From: a virus
Taxonomy: Duplodnaviria > Caudoviricetes
DNA: 52,128 nt
Virus record (IMG/VR): IMGVR_UViG_3300005828_000112
Span: 1 to 52,128 of that record
Strand: one strand, 5' to 3'
The first letter of the stretch is position 1. Each line of letters opens with the position of its first letter. Below the pieces are notes generated by a model. It was not told where the DNA came from and searched no databases. It was given only the letters and a program-made list of their open reading frames with translations. Made by a program: the position numbers and the translations under genes. Positions 26,915 to 37,153 of the stretch are shown piece after piece.

Positions 26915-27289
26915 ATGCAGATCGTTGAACGGACAAAAGAAGGCGGTTTGACCCCGGACAAGATCCTCGAGCTGAAGGGAAAGCACGGCGCCGATCTGGT
27001 GCGCCTGGTGCACGCTGGCCATGTGCTGGTGTTCCGAAAGGCCTCGATGCCTGAATGGTCCAGGTTCGTGCAGCAGATCGGAACCGACGACAAGCGCCAC
27101 AATCGGCTCTCGGTGATGAAGCGGCTTTGCCAGGACTGCTTCGTGTATCCCGAAGGCGCCGATGGGCGGCCCGACATCGCGACGCTGAACAGCTTCTTCG
27201 ATCAGTACCCTGGGGCGATCTCGATCGCGATGGGCGAAATATCGGAGATCTCCGGCGGGGGCGAAACGATCGAAACGGGAAAACTCTAG
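26915..27289 (+). CDS. Tail assembly chaperone (G-like)
   Basis: AAAGGA RBS before ATG 26915; between tube and tape measure; ends in a slippery sequence. Confidence 0.85.
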   Translation: MQIVERTKEGGLTPDKILELKGKHGADLVRLVHAGHVLVFRKASMPEWSRFVQQIGTDDKRHNRLSVMKRLCQDCFVYPEGADGRPDIATLNSFFDQYPGAISIAMGEISEISGGGETIETGKL

Positions 27290-27444
27290 AGCGGCTGCTT
27301 CGTAACCCGTTGTTGGGGGCAGCCGCGATCATGAGCCTGGCTGATCGCGATGCAGATGAAGAATCCCGCCTGCATGGCGCGATGCTCGTCTGGTCGCTGA
27401 TCGTCGATGTTCATGTGCTTCGCACCGTCTACGTCCAAGGGTGA
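27277..27444 (+). other. Programmed -1 frameshift site G GGA AAA and GT-like extension
   Basis: X XXY YYZ heptamer at 27277-27283 just before the TAG; -1 frame is open to TGA 27444, 1 nt before the tape measure start. Confidence 0.85.
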
Positions 27445-27445
27445 T

Positions 27446-29365
27446 GTGCCGAAGAACAGCAACAAAGCGGATTTCATCGTTCGACTGCTCGATCGCTTGT
27501 CGCGACCGGGGAAGGCGATTTCGCGCGCGCTGGGCAAGATCGCCATGGTCGAAGACCGCGTTCAGACCGAATCGCGCGCGACCGAACGAGCCCTGAACAA
27601 GGTCGGTCTGCGCGCTGCAGCGATGGGCGCGAACGCGACGCGCGGCGCGGCTGGCCTGAACAAGGTGAGCGCCGCCATGCTGGCGGCAAGACGCGCCGCG
27701 GTCGTCAGCGATGCTGGTGGTCGCCAGCGCGTGCGCGGCCGCTTCGTGACGCCTCGAGGCGTCGAACGTCGCAACATTCGCAACGCGCGCGTTGCTGGTG
27801 CGCCGGTCGCCGCGGCCGCCCCTGGTATCGCTGGCCAGGTCGGCGGCTTTCGCGCAGCCATCCAGGCTGTGCGGCGCTGGAACGATGCCACGGGCGAAGC
27901 GCGCCGAAAGCAGCTTGCGCTCAAGCGCGCGTTCGAAGACACACATTTCGGCCGCCTGATCGGCGGCTTCAAAACGGGCGGCAAAGCTGTCGCGCGGCTG
28001 TCGCTGTCGCTGGCGAAGATGGCTGCGCAGGCTGTCGCGACCGCTGGCGCGCTGTTCGGGGTCGGCGCGGCCGCGCTGGCCTTCAAAACGGTTCAGGCGG
28101 GCGCGTTCGGCGAACGGTCGCGCAAGGCACTGGCGCTGCTGACCGGGTCAGCAGATGAAGGTAACCGCGCCTTCGAGCTCGCCCGCAATACGGCGAAGGA
28201 CCTGGGCCTCGATGTTCAGGACGTCGTGAAGCAGTTCATCAAACTACGCGCGGCGCAATTCACGATCGGCGAAACCGAAAACCTGGTGAAGCTCGGCGCC
28301 GACCTGCAGGCCATCGGCGCCAGCGCCGAACAAGTCGACCGGGCTATCCTGGCGATCACGCAGGTGAAGGCGAAGGGCCGGCTTCAAAGCGAAGAGCTGC
28401 TTCAGCTCAGCGAAGCGGGCGTTTCCATGGCGCTGGTCTTCCGCGAGCTGGAAAAGCAGACGGGCAAGAGCACATCAGGCGTCCGCAAGCTGCTGCAGGC
28501 GGGCAAGGTGTCGGGCGATCAAGGCGTGCTCGCGATTCAGAACGCGATCCTTCACAAGGTCGGGATCGAACGCGCTGGCGATGCTGGGCGGCAGTTCGCC
28601 GATGAAACGCTCACCGGCATGGTGAATCGATTGAAGACACTTCCCGGGCGCCTTCTGCTGGACCTGGGGGAGCTGATCGACACGAAGCAGGTGCGCAAGA
28701 TCGTGAATCAGCTCGAGGGCGCCCTGCGCAACATCGACACCAAGACGCTGACCCGCGGGATCAACGCGGTGATCAAGGCGTTCGGTCGCGCCATCGACTT
28801 CGGGATCTCGTTTGCCGAGGGCTTCGGATCCAAGATCCCGGACATCGTGACCGCGATGGAAGACTTCGGGCGCGCGGTCGATCCCACGCAGACGCGCGAC
28901 TGGGGCCGCGTGCTGGGCGAAGAGCTCGGCATCGCGCTTGAAAAGGGCTTGCGGCTGACCGAAAAGATCCTCGAGCTGGTCGACGCGTTGCGCGATGCGG
29001 CGAAGGAAGCGGGGCGTCTGCATCGTTTGCTGTTCGGGGATGCATCCAGCAGGCCCCCCCCGCTGCCGACCGAAATGGCGGCGATCCAGCAAGGTCTGCC
29101 AGCGGCTGGTGCGATGGGCGGCGACATCGCGGGCGCTTCGATGCTGTTCACTGACCCCGAGCGGTTCTTCTCAACGATCTTTTCGACCCCGACCCCAACC
29201 CCGCGCCCGCAGCAGCCGCAGGCCAGAACCGTCACGGTCGCGCCGTCCATACAGGTCAACGTCACGGGCGGTCAGGATGCGCAGCGCACGGCGGAAGCGG
29301 TGCGCGAAGGCGCACGCAAGGCACTGGAAGACTTCGCAGATGGACCCATGCGGGAGGCATTCTGA
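27446..29365 (+). CDS. Tape measure protein
   Basis: AITQVKAKGRLQSEELLQLSEAGV tape-measure motif; Ala/Gly-rich helical; GTG 27446 with AAGGG RBS. Confidence 0.9.
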   Translation: MPKNSNKADFIVRLLDRLSRPGKAISRALGKIAMVEDRVQTESRATERALNKVGLRAAAMGANATRGAAGLNKVSAAMLAARRAAVVSDAGGRQRVRGRFVTPRGVERRNIRNARVAGAPVAAAAPGIAGQVGGFRAAIQAVRRWNDATGEARRKQLALKRAFEDTHFGRLIGGFKTGGKAVARLSLSLAKMAAQAVATAGALFGVGAAALAFKTVQAGAFGERSRKALALLTGSADEGNRAFELARNTAKDLGLDVQDVVKQFIKLRAAQFTIGETENLVKLGADLQAIGASAEQVDRAILAITQVKAKGRLQSEELLQLSEAGVSMALVFRELEKQTGKSTSGVRKLLQAGKVSGDQGVLAIQNAILHKVGIERAGDAGRQFADETLTGMVNRLKTLPGRLLLDLGELIDTKQVRKIVNQLEGALRNIDTKTLTRGINAVIKAFGRAIDFGISFAEGFGSKIPDIVTAMEDFGRAVDPTQTRDWGRVLGEELGIALEKGLRLTEKILELVDALRDAAKEAGRLHRLLFGDASSRPPPLPTEMAAIQQGLPAAGAMGGDIAGASMLFTDPERFFSTIFSTPTPTPRPQQPQARTVTVAPSIQVNVTGGQDAQRTAEAVREGARKALEDFADGPMREAF

Positions 29366-29892
29366 TGGGACTTGTCGGCATCGGCGTCGCGTACTGGGAA
29401 ACGGATCCGGACGAATGGGATCGACTGGGGCTCGGCACGTCATCGCTACCGGGCGTCTGGAAGGTGACCGGATCGGTTTCGCGCGACGTCGAAGTGAAGA
29501 AGTCCAAGGGCAAGGATGGCGCGCGCACGACCGATCACGGCTACGTGCCCGCGAAGGTGACGATGGTCGGGCGCTTCGTCTCGCTTGAAGCCTGGGCGCT
29601 GATGCAGTTGCTGATCGCCGAACTGCACCCGCCGCGCATGGGCCTCCCACGTCAGCCGCTGCAGATCAGGCACCCAGCCACCCAGTTTCTGGGCATCGAT
29701 ACCGTCTACATCGAATCGATCGCGCTGCCCGAGCTCGACGATGGGATCCTGCAGCTGACGATCGAAGCGGTCGAATGGCGACCGCTGCCGAAGCCGAAGG
29801 TCGAAACGCCCGCGGTCCCGCTGCAGAAGATCGTGGGCGAGCCTTCAGGCAACCCACCGAACGCGCTTTCAAACTTCGCTGGGCTGGTATGA
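29365..29892 (+). CDS. Baseplate/tube-initiator-like protein
   Basis: Position after the tape measure; TGATG coupling. Confidence 0.6.
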   Translation: MGLVGIGVAYWETDPDEWDRLGLGTSSLPGVWKVTGSVSRDVEVKKSKGKDGARTTDHGYVPAKVTMVGRFVSLEAWALMQLLIAELHPPRMGLPRQPLQIRHPATQFLGIDTVYIESIALPELDDGILQLTIEAVEWRPLPKPKVETPAVPLQKIVGEPSGNPPNALSNFAGLV

Positions 29893-31088
29893 CCGCCATC
29901 GCCGCGAATGGTTTTCCGATCATCAGCGGGACCATCCACGAACCGCAGCGCGGGCCCTGGACGGCCCGCATTGAAGTCGATGACGACCTGGGCGCGGTCT
30001 TCGCGTCGGGATCGGTCGCGATCACGGTCGGCGCATCGACCTGGATCGGCGTCGTCACATCGGGCGCTGTCGACAATGGCAAGTACGTCGCCCGCGTGAT
30101 CGGCGGCGCTGGCGGCCTGCGCAAGTCGCTGGATCCCCGATACTACTATCAGGCGCCCCTGGGCCTGGTCTTCACCGACATCTGCGCCGATGCGCTCGAG
30201 GCCCCTGATCCGGTGACCGTCGCCCTGCTGGCTGGGCGCCTGCAGGCCCGCTATTCGCGGCCGCAAGGCGAAGCGCGCCTGGGGATAAAGCAGCTGGCCG
30301 ACCAGGTCGGCGGCTTCTGGCGCGTATCGCGCGAAGGGCTGATCCAGATCCTGACGTCGGAGGTCTTCGTCCCGATCGTGACCGACGCTGACGAAGTCAG
30401 CAGGGACGAATCGACGGGGACCATCACGATCGCGACCGAAGAGCCCCTGGTGCGTCCAGGGATGACCTACGCAAGCCTCGAAGGCGCGGTGAACGTCGTC
30501 GACGTCGTCACGAACTTCTCGGCCCGCGGCATCGAACAGATCCTGACGTCGGAGCACCCCGAAGGCGATCCGCGTGGACCTGCGGCGATCTTCGCTGCGC
30601 AGGCGAAGGCGGCGTCGGCCCGCGCGATGGACCTGACCACGGTGTTCTCAGCGCGCGCCGTTCTGCAGCACGCAGACGGGACGATCGACCTGATCCCCGA
30701 CGACGCGCGAATCCGCGGATCGGGAATGACGCACGTACCGCTGCAGACGGGCGCCCCAGGCCTGAAGGTGACGGTGACGCCAGGCGATCGGCTCTGCGTG
30801 TGGTTTCAGAACGGCGACGCTTCTAAGCCCGTCGCTGGGCTGTGGGATCAGCCCCTGATCGCGCTCGAACCGTTGCTGCGCGGCCAGACCTTCACCAGCG
30901 CGCTATCGATCTGGCTGGGCGCGCTGGCGACCTGGCAGACCGAGTTAGACTTCTACGTGAAGATCCCGACGCCGACCGGGCCCGAGACAGCGGCTTACAC
31001 TGCAGCCAGCCTGGCCTTCACGACCGCGACGACCGCCTTCACTACGGCGATCGCTGCATCCCTGAGCACCCTTCACAAGATCGTGTGA
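29889..31088 (+). CDS. Baseplate hub protein with fused spike OB-fold-like region
   Basis: Hub position; C-terminal DGTIDLIP...VPL..G.PG..V...PGD...V.F.NGD..KP. Confidence 0.7.
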   Translation: MTAIAANGFPIISGTIHEPQRGPWTARIEVDDDLGAVFASGSVAITVGASTWIGVVTSGAVDNGKYVARVIGGAGGLRKSLDPRYYYQAPLGLVFTDICADALEAPDPVTVALLAGRLQARYSRPQGEARLGIKQLADQVGGFWRVSREGLIQILTSEVFVPIVTDADEVSRDESTGTITIATEEPLVRPGMTYASLEGAVNVVDVVTNFSARGIEQILTSEHPEGDPRGPAAIFAAQAKAASARAMDLTTVFSARAVLQHADGTIDLIPDDARIRGSGMTHVPLQTGAPGLKVTVTPGDRLCVWFQNGDASKPVAGLWDQPLIALEPLLRGQTFTSALSIWLGALATWQTELDFYVKIPTPTGPETAAYTAASLAFTTATTAFTTAIAASLSTLHKIV

Positions 31089-31091
31089 ACC

Positions 31092-31475
31092 ATGGCCGAC
31101 CCGCTGCATGGCACTGACTTCTGGTGCGAGTTTGACATCGATCCGAACCTGACCGTGGTCAGCGGGCGCAAGGGGCTGGCGCAAGCGGTCGCCCGTCGCG
31201 TTCTCGCCCAGCCAGGCACCCTGATCTATGACGACGACTACGGCGCGGGCGCGGGCGCGTACCTGAACGGCCCGGTACCTTCGGCGGAAGAAGTCGCGCG
31301 CATCTGCGTCAAGGAAGCGCTGAAGGACGAGCGGATCATCGACGCCGCGGCGGACGTCACGCTGTCGGGCGAAGACCTGGTGATCAAGCTGCTGTTGCAG
31401 GATCAGTATGGGCCCTTCGCTTTGACGCTGACCGCGGATGCACTGACGACAGAAATCCTGACGGAGAACACGTAG
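31092..31475 (+). CDS. Baseplate wedge protein, gp25/gpW/Mu gp46-like
   Basis: LAQAVARR....GTLIYDDDYG.G, EALKDERI. Confidence 0.8.
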   Translation: MADPLHGTDFWCEFDIDPNLTVVSGRKGLAQAVARRVLAQPGTLIYDDDYGAGAGAYLNGPVPSAEEVARICVKEALKDERIIDAAADVTLSGEDLVIKLLLQDQYGPFALTLTADALTTEILTENT

Positions 31476-31478
31476 GCC

Positions 31479-32642
31479 ATGGCATCGCTGACCGTCCGAC
31501 AACTACGAACGCCCGTCACGAAGGACGAAGCGCTTCAGATCCTGATCGACCAGCTGGCCGCGCTGGGCTTCTCGTCGACCAGCTGGCAAGCGGGCAGCGT
31601 CCAACGGTCCATGCTGGAAACGTTCGCCCAGGTCTTCGCCGACGAAACCGAAGGGGTCGCGGACATCACCGAAGCTGGCTTCAATGAGACATCGTCGGGC
31701 GGCTACCTGACGCTGCTGTCCGCAAGCCACTACGACAACGATCGCGAAGAAGCCGGCTACACCGAAGGGCTGATCGAGCTCGTGGCAGCCCCGGGCTCCG
31801 GGCCCTATTCGGTCATCGCCAGCCAGCTGGTGGCTGTCGATTCGGTCAACGGATTCACGTACCGAAACACGGGCGCTTTCACGATTCCCGCCGGCGGTAC
31901 CGTCAGCGCGACCTTCAAGGCGGAGACTGCGGGCGCCGATCGTGACGTCGCGCCGAACACGATCCTCGAGCTGCAGACGCCACTGGCGGGCGTGACGATC
32001 AATAACCCGATCCCGTCGGGCGCGACGTCATGGATCACGGTCAACGGGTCGGACGAAGAAACCGACGACGAGCTGCGCGAACGAAACCGGGCCAAATGGG
32101 CCCTGCTGTCGCCTGCGCGCCCGTCGCTGGCCTATGCGTCGCTGGCCCGCGAAGCGGCTGCATCGGTCACCCGCGCCTTCGTGGACGACCAGAACCCGCG
32201 CGGGCCTGGGACCGTCGACGTGTACATCGCGGGCGCGTCTGGCGAGCTATCCAGCGCGGTCGTTTCGACCGTTCAGGACTATCTCGACGGGGTCCCCGAT
32301 GGCGTGGGCCGGGTCGCCGTTGGCGCCGATGTGCAGGTGTTCAGCGCGCTGCGGCGCGACGTCACGATCCAGGCGAAGGCCTACATCCTGGCGGCGAACA
32401 ACGATGCGACCACGCAAGCGCTGATCGTCGCGGCGCTGAACGACTACTTCCGAGCTCTGGACGTCGGCGGATACAAGCGCGACGTCGACGCGAAGGGTGT
32501 GATCGTCTTCGGTGAGCTGTATCGGGCGTTTCTGCAGGTCGGGGTCCGTAACGTCGCGTTCACGACGCCCCTGGCTGACATCACGATGGAACGCAACGAA
32601 GTCGCGATCCCGGTGTTTTCGCTGTCGTGGGAGTCGGTCTGA
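31479..32642 (+). CDS. Baseplate J/Mu gp47-like protein
   Basis: AETAG, GSDEETDDELRER, RGPGTVDVYI. Confidence 0.92.
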   Translation: MASLTVRQLRTPVTKDEALQILIDQLAALGFSSTSWQAGSVQRSMLETFAQVFADETEGVADITEAGFNETSSGGYLTLLSASHYDNDREEAGYTEGLIELVAAPGSGPYSVIASQLVAVDSVNGFTYRNTGAFTIPAGGTVSATFKAETAGADRDVAPNTILELQTPLAGVTINNPIPSGATSWITVNGSDEETDDELRERNRAKWALLSPARPSLAYASLAREAAASVTRAFVDDQNPRGPGTVDVYIAGASGELSSAVVSTVQDYLDGVPDGVGRVAVGADVQVFSALRRDVTIQAKAYILAANNDATTQALIVAALNDYFRALDVGGYKRDVDAKGVIVFGELYRAFLQVGVRNVAFTTPLADITMERNEVAIPVFSLSWESV

Positions 32643-34225
32643 TGTCGAGCCTGAACCACGTGATCCTGGCGAACGTTCAGCCCGACACGGCGACGTCCGT
32701 GCGGAAGCAGCTCTGGTCATTGTCACGGGCCATGAAGGCGGCTGGATGGTCCGTTGTTGCCAGCAGCGACGCAACGACGAAGACCATCAGCACGGACCCG
32801 GAAGAAGATCGCTGGGCATCGAGCTACGGCGTGATCGGGCCGATCACGAATGCCGGCGGGTCTGGCGCGGTCTTCGCTGCGGCCGCTGCAGGGCAAAGCA
32901 TCGTGACCGGGCTCTCGGGGCTCGTGTCGGACGCTTACGCGACCGACAAAGGACGCTTCATCGTGGCGAATGGAAACGCCTACCAGATCGAAAGCGTGAT
33001 CAGCGCGACCAGCTGCGCAGTGAATGCGCGCGAAGTCGCCGTTCCCGGCGGGACCGTTTCGTGGGAGATCCGCGACGCGTCGCAGGACACCTATGGATCG
33101 CTGGCAACAAATGCGTGGATCCTGCTGGAAGCGCGCGCTTCGATCGTGCTGGTGGGCACGGTGCCCGATGGCTTGCTGGGCGGCGAAGCCATCACGCAGG
33201 CTGCGACGGGCGCATCAGGCCAGATCCATTCGGTCGGGGGCGGTCGCGTCGTGCTGCATCCGCGCAAGCGTGGATCGGGCGCTGGCCCCCATGGCTTCGA
33301 TGCGTCCGAGATCATCGGATCCGCTAGCGGGGTCGCGTTCACGCCGTCCAGCTATCGCGGCTACACACATCAGATGCTGCTTCGGATCGCGTCGGACGTC
33401 GGCGGAGGGATCTCCTGGTACTACGCCGAAGACACCATCGATGCGGCGACAAGCTTCAAGGCGAAGGCCTCGAGCGCTGGCTGCACTGCGACGACCGCGC
33501 CTGGCGGGGGCGGAACGGGAAACGCTACGCCGACTAGCCACTATGCGACGCTGGCCGGCGCACCATCTGGCAGCCAGAGCTTCTTCAACCTTGCGCCCGA
33601 TCAAATGAAGACCGCGCAGATCGGCGTCTGCGATGCCATCGGCGAAGACGGGCAGAGCTCGGACTGTTCATGGTTCTTCATGATGAAATGGCACACGACA
33701 CGGAAGTGGAAATACGTAGGCCTGCAAGCGCTAGACAATGGCCCCCCTGGGGATGAGTGCCCGTGGGTCGGCGCTTCGTCGTCATTCGTAGCCGGATCAG
33801 CAGACAGCACGATCGAGACTTCGCCGCATTATCACAACTACGTGACGTTTCTGGACATCAACCAAGCGAGCGAGAAGTTTGGGCGGATCCCTAATCAGCT
33901 GTTGGCTCAGCAGCTTCCGCTGGGGCAGCAGACGAACCGATCGCAGAGCGTTCTGGTCAACGGTGCTGTGGTCGGCACCGCGCTGGGCAAGCGGTCGATC
34001 TTCGTGAACGAAGAGGGCCAGAGCACGGTATCGACACCCTACTTCCATAAGGGCGCGTCCCGCTGGTCTTACGGGCTGGGGCCGGGATCAGGAAGCCCGA
34101 TCGTCGAAGTCCAGACGGGCCCCGAGCCCATGAAGATCACCGAATCAAACCAGCTGCTTTACAACTGGGATCGGTATGGGCTGGAAGCCGTCGGCCCCTG
34201 GGATGGTACCGAGGTCACGCCATGA
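32642..34225 (+). CDS. Tail/baseplate-associated structural protein
   Basis: TGATG coupling to J; Gly/Ser/Thr-rich; MKAAGW N-terminal motif. Confidence 0.7.
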   Translation: MSSLNHVILANVQPDTATSVRKQLWSLSRAMKAAGWSVVASSDATTKTISTDPEEDRWASSYGVIGPITNAGGSGAVFAAAAAGQSIVTGLSGLVSDAYATDKGRFIVANGNAYQIESVISATSCAVNAREVAVPGGTVSWEIRDASQDTYGSLATNAWILLEARASIVLVGTVPDGLLGGEAITQAATGASGQIHSVGGGRVVLHPRKRGSGAGPHGFDASEIIGSASGVAFTPSSYRGYTHQMLLRIASDVGGGISWYYAEDTIDAATSFKAKASSAGCTATTAPGGGGTGNATPTSHYATLAGAPSGSQSFFNLAPDQMKTAQIGVCDAIGEDGQSSDCSWFFMMKWHTTRKWKYVGLQALDNGPPGDECPWVGASSSFVAGSADSTIETSPHYHNYVTFLDINQASEKFGRIPNQLLAQQLPLGQQTNRSQSVLVNGAVVGTALGKRSIFVNEEGQSTVSTPYFHKGASRWSYGLGPGSGSPIVEVQTGPEPMKITESNQLLYNWDRYGLEAVGPWDGTEVTP

Positions 34226-35286
34226 CCACGCGGTTCTACTATTCGCCGCAGCTCGGGATGGCCGCATCGGCGGATACGATCCTGAACGTTGAAACGTCGG
34301 AATGGGATGGCACAGGGCGATCGCAGGTTCCGCAGCGCGTCGGATCGTTGCTGAAGGCGCCCGCTGTTTTTCTGTGGAGCGGTTTCGATGGCTTCGGCGC
34401 GACCTTCACATCCGCAGGGCGCTACCGCTACTGCTCGTTTTTCAGCCGCCCCTTGCGCGTCGACGTCGAGATCAGCGGGACCGTCAAGGGCCAGCTGATC
34501 TGCGGCGAAACGAACAGCACCGATAACGCCTTCGCGCAGATCGCGATCTACGTGATCAAGCCGGACGGTTCGATACGGGGCAAGCTATTGGGCCCCCAGA
34601 CGTCTGGCGGAACCGAGTTTGTGCAGGCAAGCGGAACGCCACCAGCCACGCAGCGCAACACGCGATTTCCGCCCGCAGGCTTCGGGACGCTGTCGAACGT
34701 CAGTGCGATCGCTGGAGATCGGCTGCTGGTCGAGATCGGCGTTCGGTCGACTGCTGCGCCAGCCCAGGGCCCAGGCCCTTACATCACGTTCACACGCGGC
34801 GGAGCCGATGCCGACCTTCCAGAGAACGAATCGACGACCTACGCTAGCGGTGCGCTGAACACCGCGCCGCGCGGCTGGCTGGAGTTTTCGCAGGACCTGG
34901 ACATGGGGCCCGAGCCCGCGACGCATGTTTACACGGGCGGTCTGTCGGAGCCCATTGCTGGTGGCGCTGGTGAAGACGTCACGCCCCCGACTGTCACGAA
35001 CTTCTCACCATCGCCAGGCTCGAGCATCGCCCCAGGCGATTCGATCAGCTTCGACGTCGAAGACGAAACGGCCCTGGTCGCGTATTTCGTTTACGTGGCC
35101 TACGCCTCGGGCGATACCGAAGTCGTTTGGGACGGGTCGGCCTTCACGCCCCGTTTCGCCGCCGGGAGCTCGCGCGTGGATTCGATGAACCTGCAGCAGT
35201 TCAGCATCGCGCGCACCGGCGGCTGGACGGCATCACCCGAGGTCAAGGTCGTCGCGATCGATAGTGCAGGGAACGCCGCATCATGA
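34222..35286 (+). CDS. Virion protein with C-terminal Ig-like domain
   Basis: DVTPPTVTNFSP.PG...ISFDV.D...V.A.D.AGN. Confidence 0.7.
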   Translation: MTTRFYYSPQLGMAASADTILNVETSEWDGTGRSQVPQRVGSLLKAPAVFLWSGFDGFGATFTSAGRYRYCSFFSRPLRVDVEISGTVKGQLICGETNSTDNAFAQIAIYVIKPDGSIRGKLLGPQTSGGTEFVQASGTPPATQRNTRFPPAGFGTLSNVSAIAGDRLLVEIGVRSTAAPAQGPGPYITFTRGGADADLPENESTTYASGALNTAPRGWLEFSQDLDMGPEPATHVYTGGLSEPIAGGAGEDVTPPTVTNFSPSPGSSIAPGDSISFDVEDETALVAYFVYVAYASGDTEVVWDGSAFTPRFAAGSSRVDSMNLQQFSIARTGGWTASPEVKVVAIDSAGNAAS

Positions 35287-36026
35287 CCGCTTCAGCCAGC
35301 TACAGCCTGACGACGCCGCCATCCACTGCGCCCGTGCCTGCGCAGGCTGGAACGCCCCCAGTGACGCGTCAGGCGCGCGACTGGCGGGAATGGATGTACC
35401 GCCAGAGCCCAGGCTTCCTACGAAACACGTGGGGGCAGCGCTTCATGGGCGTATTGGGGCTGATGCTCGATGCCCTATCGGAAGGCACGCAGCAGGCGGT
35501 CACGGCGCGCTTCTTCAAGTCCAAGACGTTCCCCGATGACGCTTACCCGTTGCTGGGCGCTGAGCGGTCGATGCCGCGCTTTCCAGCCGAATCGCTGGCC
35601 GCCTATCGCGCGCGCGTGCTCGACGCCTGGAACGCCTGGCAGCAGGCGGGCACCGCGATCGGGATCATCGACCAGCTGGGCAAGCTCGGCTTCACCGCGA
35701 CGATCTACCAGAACCATGAATGGGACTGGGATTCAGACCCGGCGAACTGGTCGCGGATCTGGGTCGTGATCACAGCGCACCCGTGGACGAATGATGGCGA
35801 CTGGGGCGACCCTGGGATCTGGGGCGACGGGGGCACCTGGGGCAGCAATGCCAGCCGCGAAGAAGTCCGATCGGTGCAGAACCTGGTCAGGCAATGGAAG
35901 CCCGCCCATGTGGTCGTCGAACACGTGATCGTCGTGCTCGATGGCGGTTCGTGGTCGCCGACGCCGACCGGGGACTGGGACCGCTGGGAAAACAGAAGCG
36001 CCGCGGCCATCTACTGGCCAGGCTGA
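35283..36026 (+). CDS. Baseplate wedge/tail formation protein (P2 gpI/Mu gp48-like)
   Basis: LGAER...R...E..AAYRAR, GT..GI, VRQWKPAH. Confidence 0.75.
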   Translation: MTASASYSLTTPPSTAPVPAQAGTPPVTRQARDWREWMYRQSPGFLRNTWGQRFMGVLGLMLDALSEGTQQAVTARFFKSKTFPDDAYPLLGAERSMPRFPAESLAAYRARVLDAWNAWQQAGTAIGIIDQLGKLGFTATIYQNHEWDWDSDPANWSRIWVVITAHPWTNDGDWGDPGIWGDGGTWGSNASREEVRSVQNLVRQWKPAHVVVEHVIVVLDGGSWSPTPTGDWDRWENRSAAAIYWPG

Positions 36027-36039
36027 AGGATGCAAGAAC

Positions 36040-37140
36040 ATGCCAAGCGCCTACGCTGGGACAGCGAAGACCAGCGAAGAACTTTCGCTTCCAAACGATG
36101 GCGAGCTGCGCGCTGTCGCGTCCGTGAACCCCGTCTTCCAGGCTCTGCGGGATGAGATCGTCTACGCCCGCAGAATGCCGGCTGCGGGCATGGAACCGAT
36201 TTCGACGCCCGTCACCGAAGACCTGAACGGGATCGCTGCTGGCTACATCGACGAAGGCGGATCTCTGTTCGCCCCTGCGTTCGTGGCTGTCGGCGACGAC
36301 GATGGCGGCGACGCAGCGCTTCTGGTTTCGCGCGATGGGGCCGCATGGGTCGAAGTCGCAAACCCGAAGGCCTTCCCGCTTCGCGGCGTCGCGTATGACC
36401 CGGTGCTCGAGCTGTGGGCCGCTGTCGGCGATTCCGACGGCGCCGACGCGTACATCATCACCGCGGCTGACCCGCGCAGCACCTGGACCGAACGGGCGAA
36501 CGCGCAGGCACAGGATCTCGAGGCCATCGCCAGCGATGGCGCGGGCGTCTTCGTCGCCGTAGGCAAGGCGGTCGCGGGCGATTCGTACATCCTTCGATCG
36601 ACTGACGGGATCACATGGGCCGAGCAGGTGTCGCCGATCAACTACGACATGCTCGATGTGATCTTCGCGAATGGGCTCTTCGTCGCTGTCGGCGGCGACG
36701 GGTCCAGCGCGCGTGTGATCACCAGCGCCGACGGCATCACCTGGACCGAGCGGTCGACGGTCGGCACGAAGCAGCTTCGATCGGTCGCCTGGAACGGAAA
36801 CGTGTTCGTAGCGGTCAGCGCGGCCGCGCCTGCAGAAGTCACCTATTCCCCGTCGGGGACGTCGTGGTCGCTGCGCGCATCGGCGGGCGTCGACGGTGCG
36901 AGCTCGGCGGCGCGCAGCCGCATCGCTGCCGACCTTGCGGGGCCCATCGTCGTGCAGTCATCCGTGGAGCAGGGCTACATGGCGTCCTTCGACGACGGGC
37001 AGACCTTCGAAGCGGTCGCGTCAGTCGGGCGGCTGGACGCGCCCGGATCGCTGGCGCATGGCCACATGATCCGCTGGGGGCACGGTCGGTTCATCGCAGC
37101 CGCTGAAGCTGGGCACATCATCCGCGGCCCGCGCCGCTGA
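36040..37140 (+). CDS. Beta-propeller protein with Asp-box (BNR-like) repeats, putative receptor-binding protein
   Basis: Repeated FVAVG and S.DG..W (SRDGAAW, STDGITW, SADGITW, SPSGTSW, SFDDGQTF). Confidence 0.8.
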   Translation: MPSAYAGTAKTSEELSLPNDGELRAVASVNPVFQALRDEIVYARRMPAAGMEPISTPVTEDLNGIAAGYIDEGGSLFAPAFVAVGDDDGGDAALLVSRDGAAWVEVANPKAFPLRGVAYDPVLELWAAVGDSDGADAYIITAADPRSTWTERANAQAQDLEAIASDGAGVFVAVGKAVAGDSYILRSTDGITWAEQVSPINYDMLDVIFANGLFVAVGGDGSSARVITSADGITWTERSTVGTKQLRSVAWNGNVFVAVSAAAPAEVTYSPSGTSWSLRASAGVDGASSAARSRIAADLAGPIVVQSSVEQGYMASFDDGQTFEAVASVGRLDAPGSLAHGHMIRWGHGRFIAAAEAGHIIRGPRR

Positions 37141-37153
37141 ACGGGGGCAAGAC

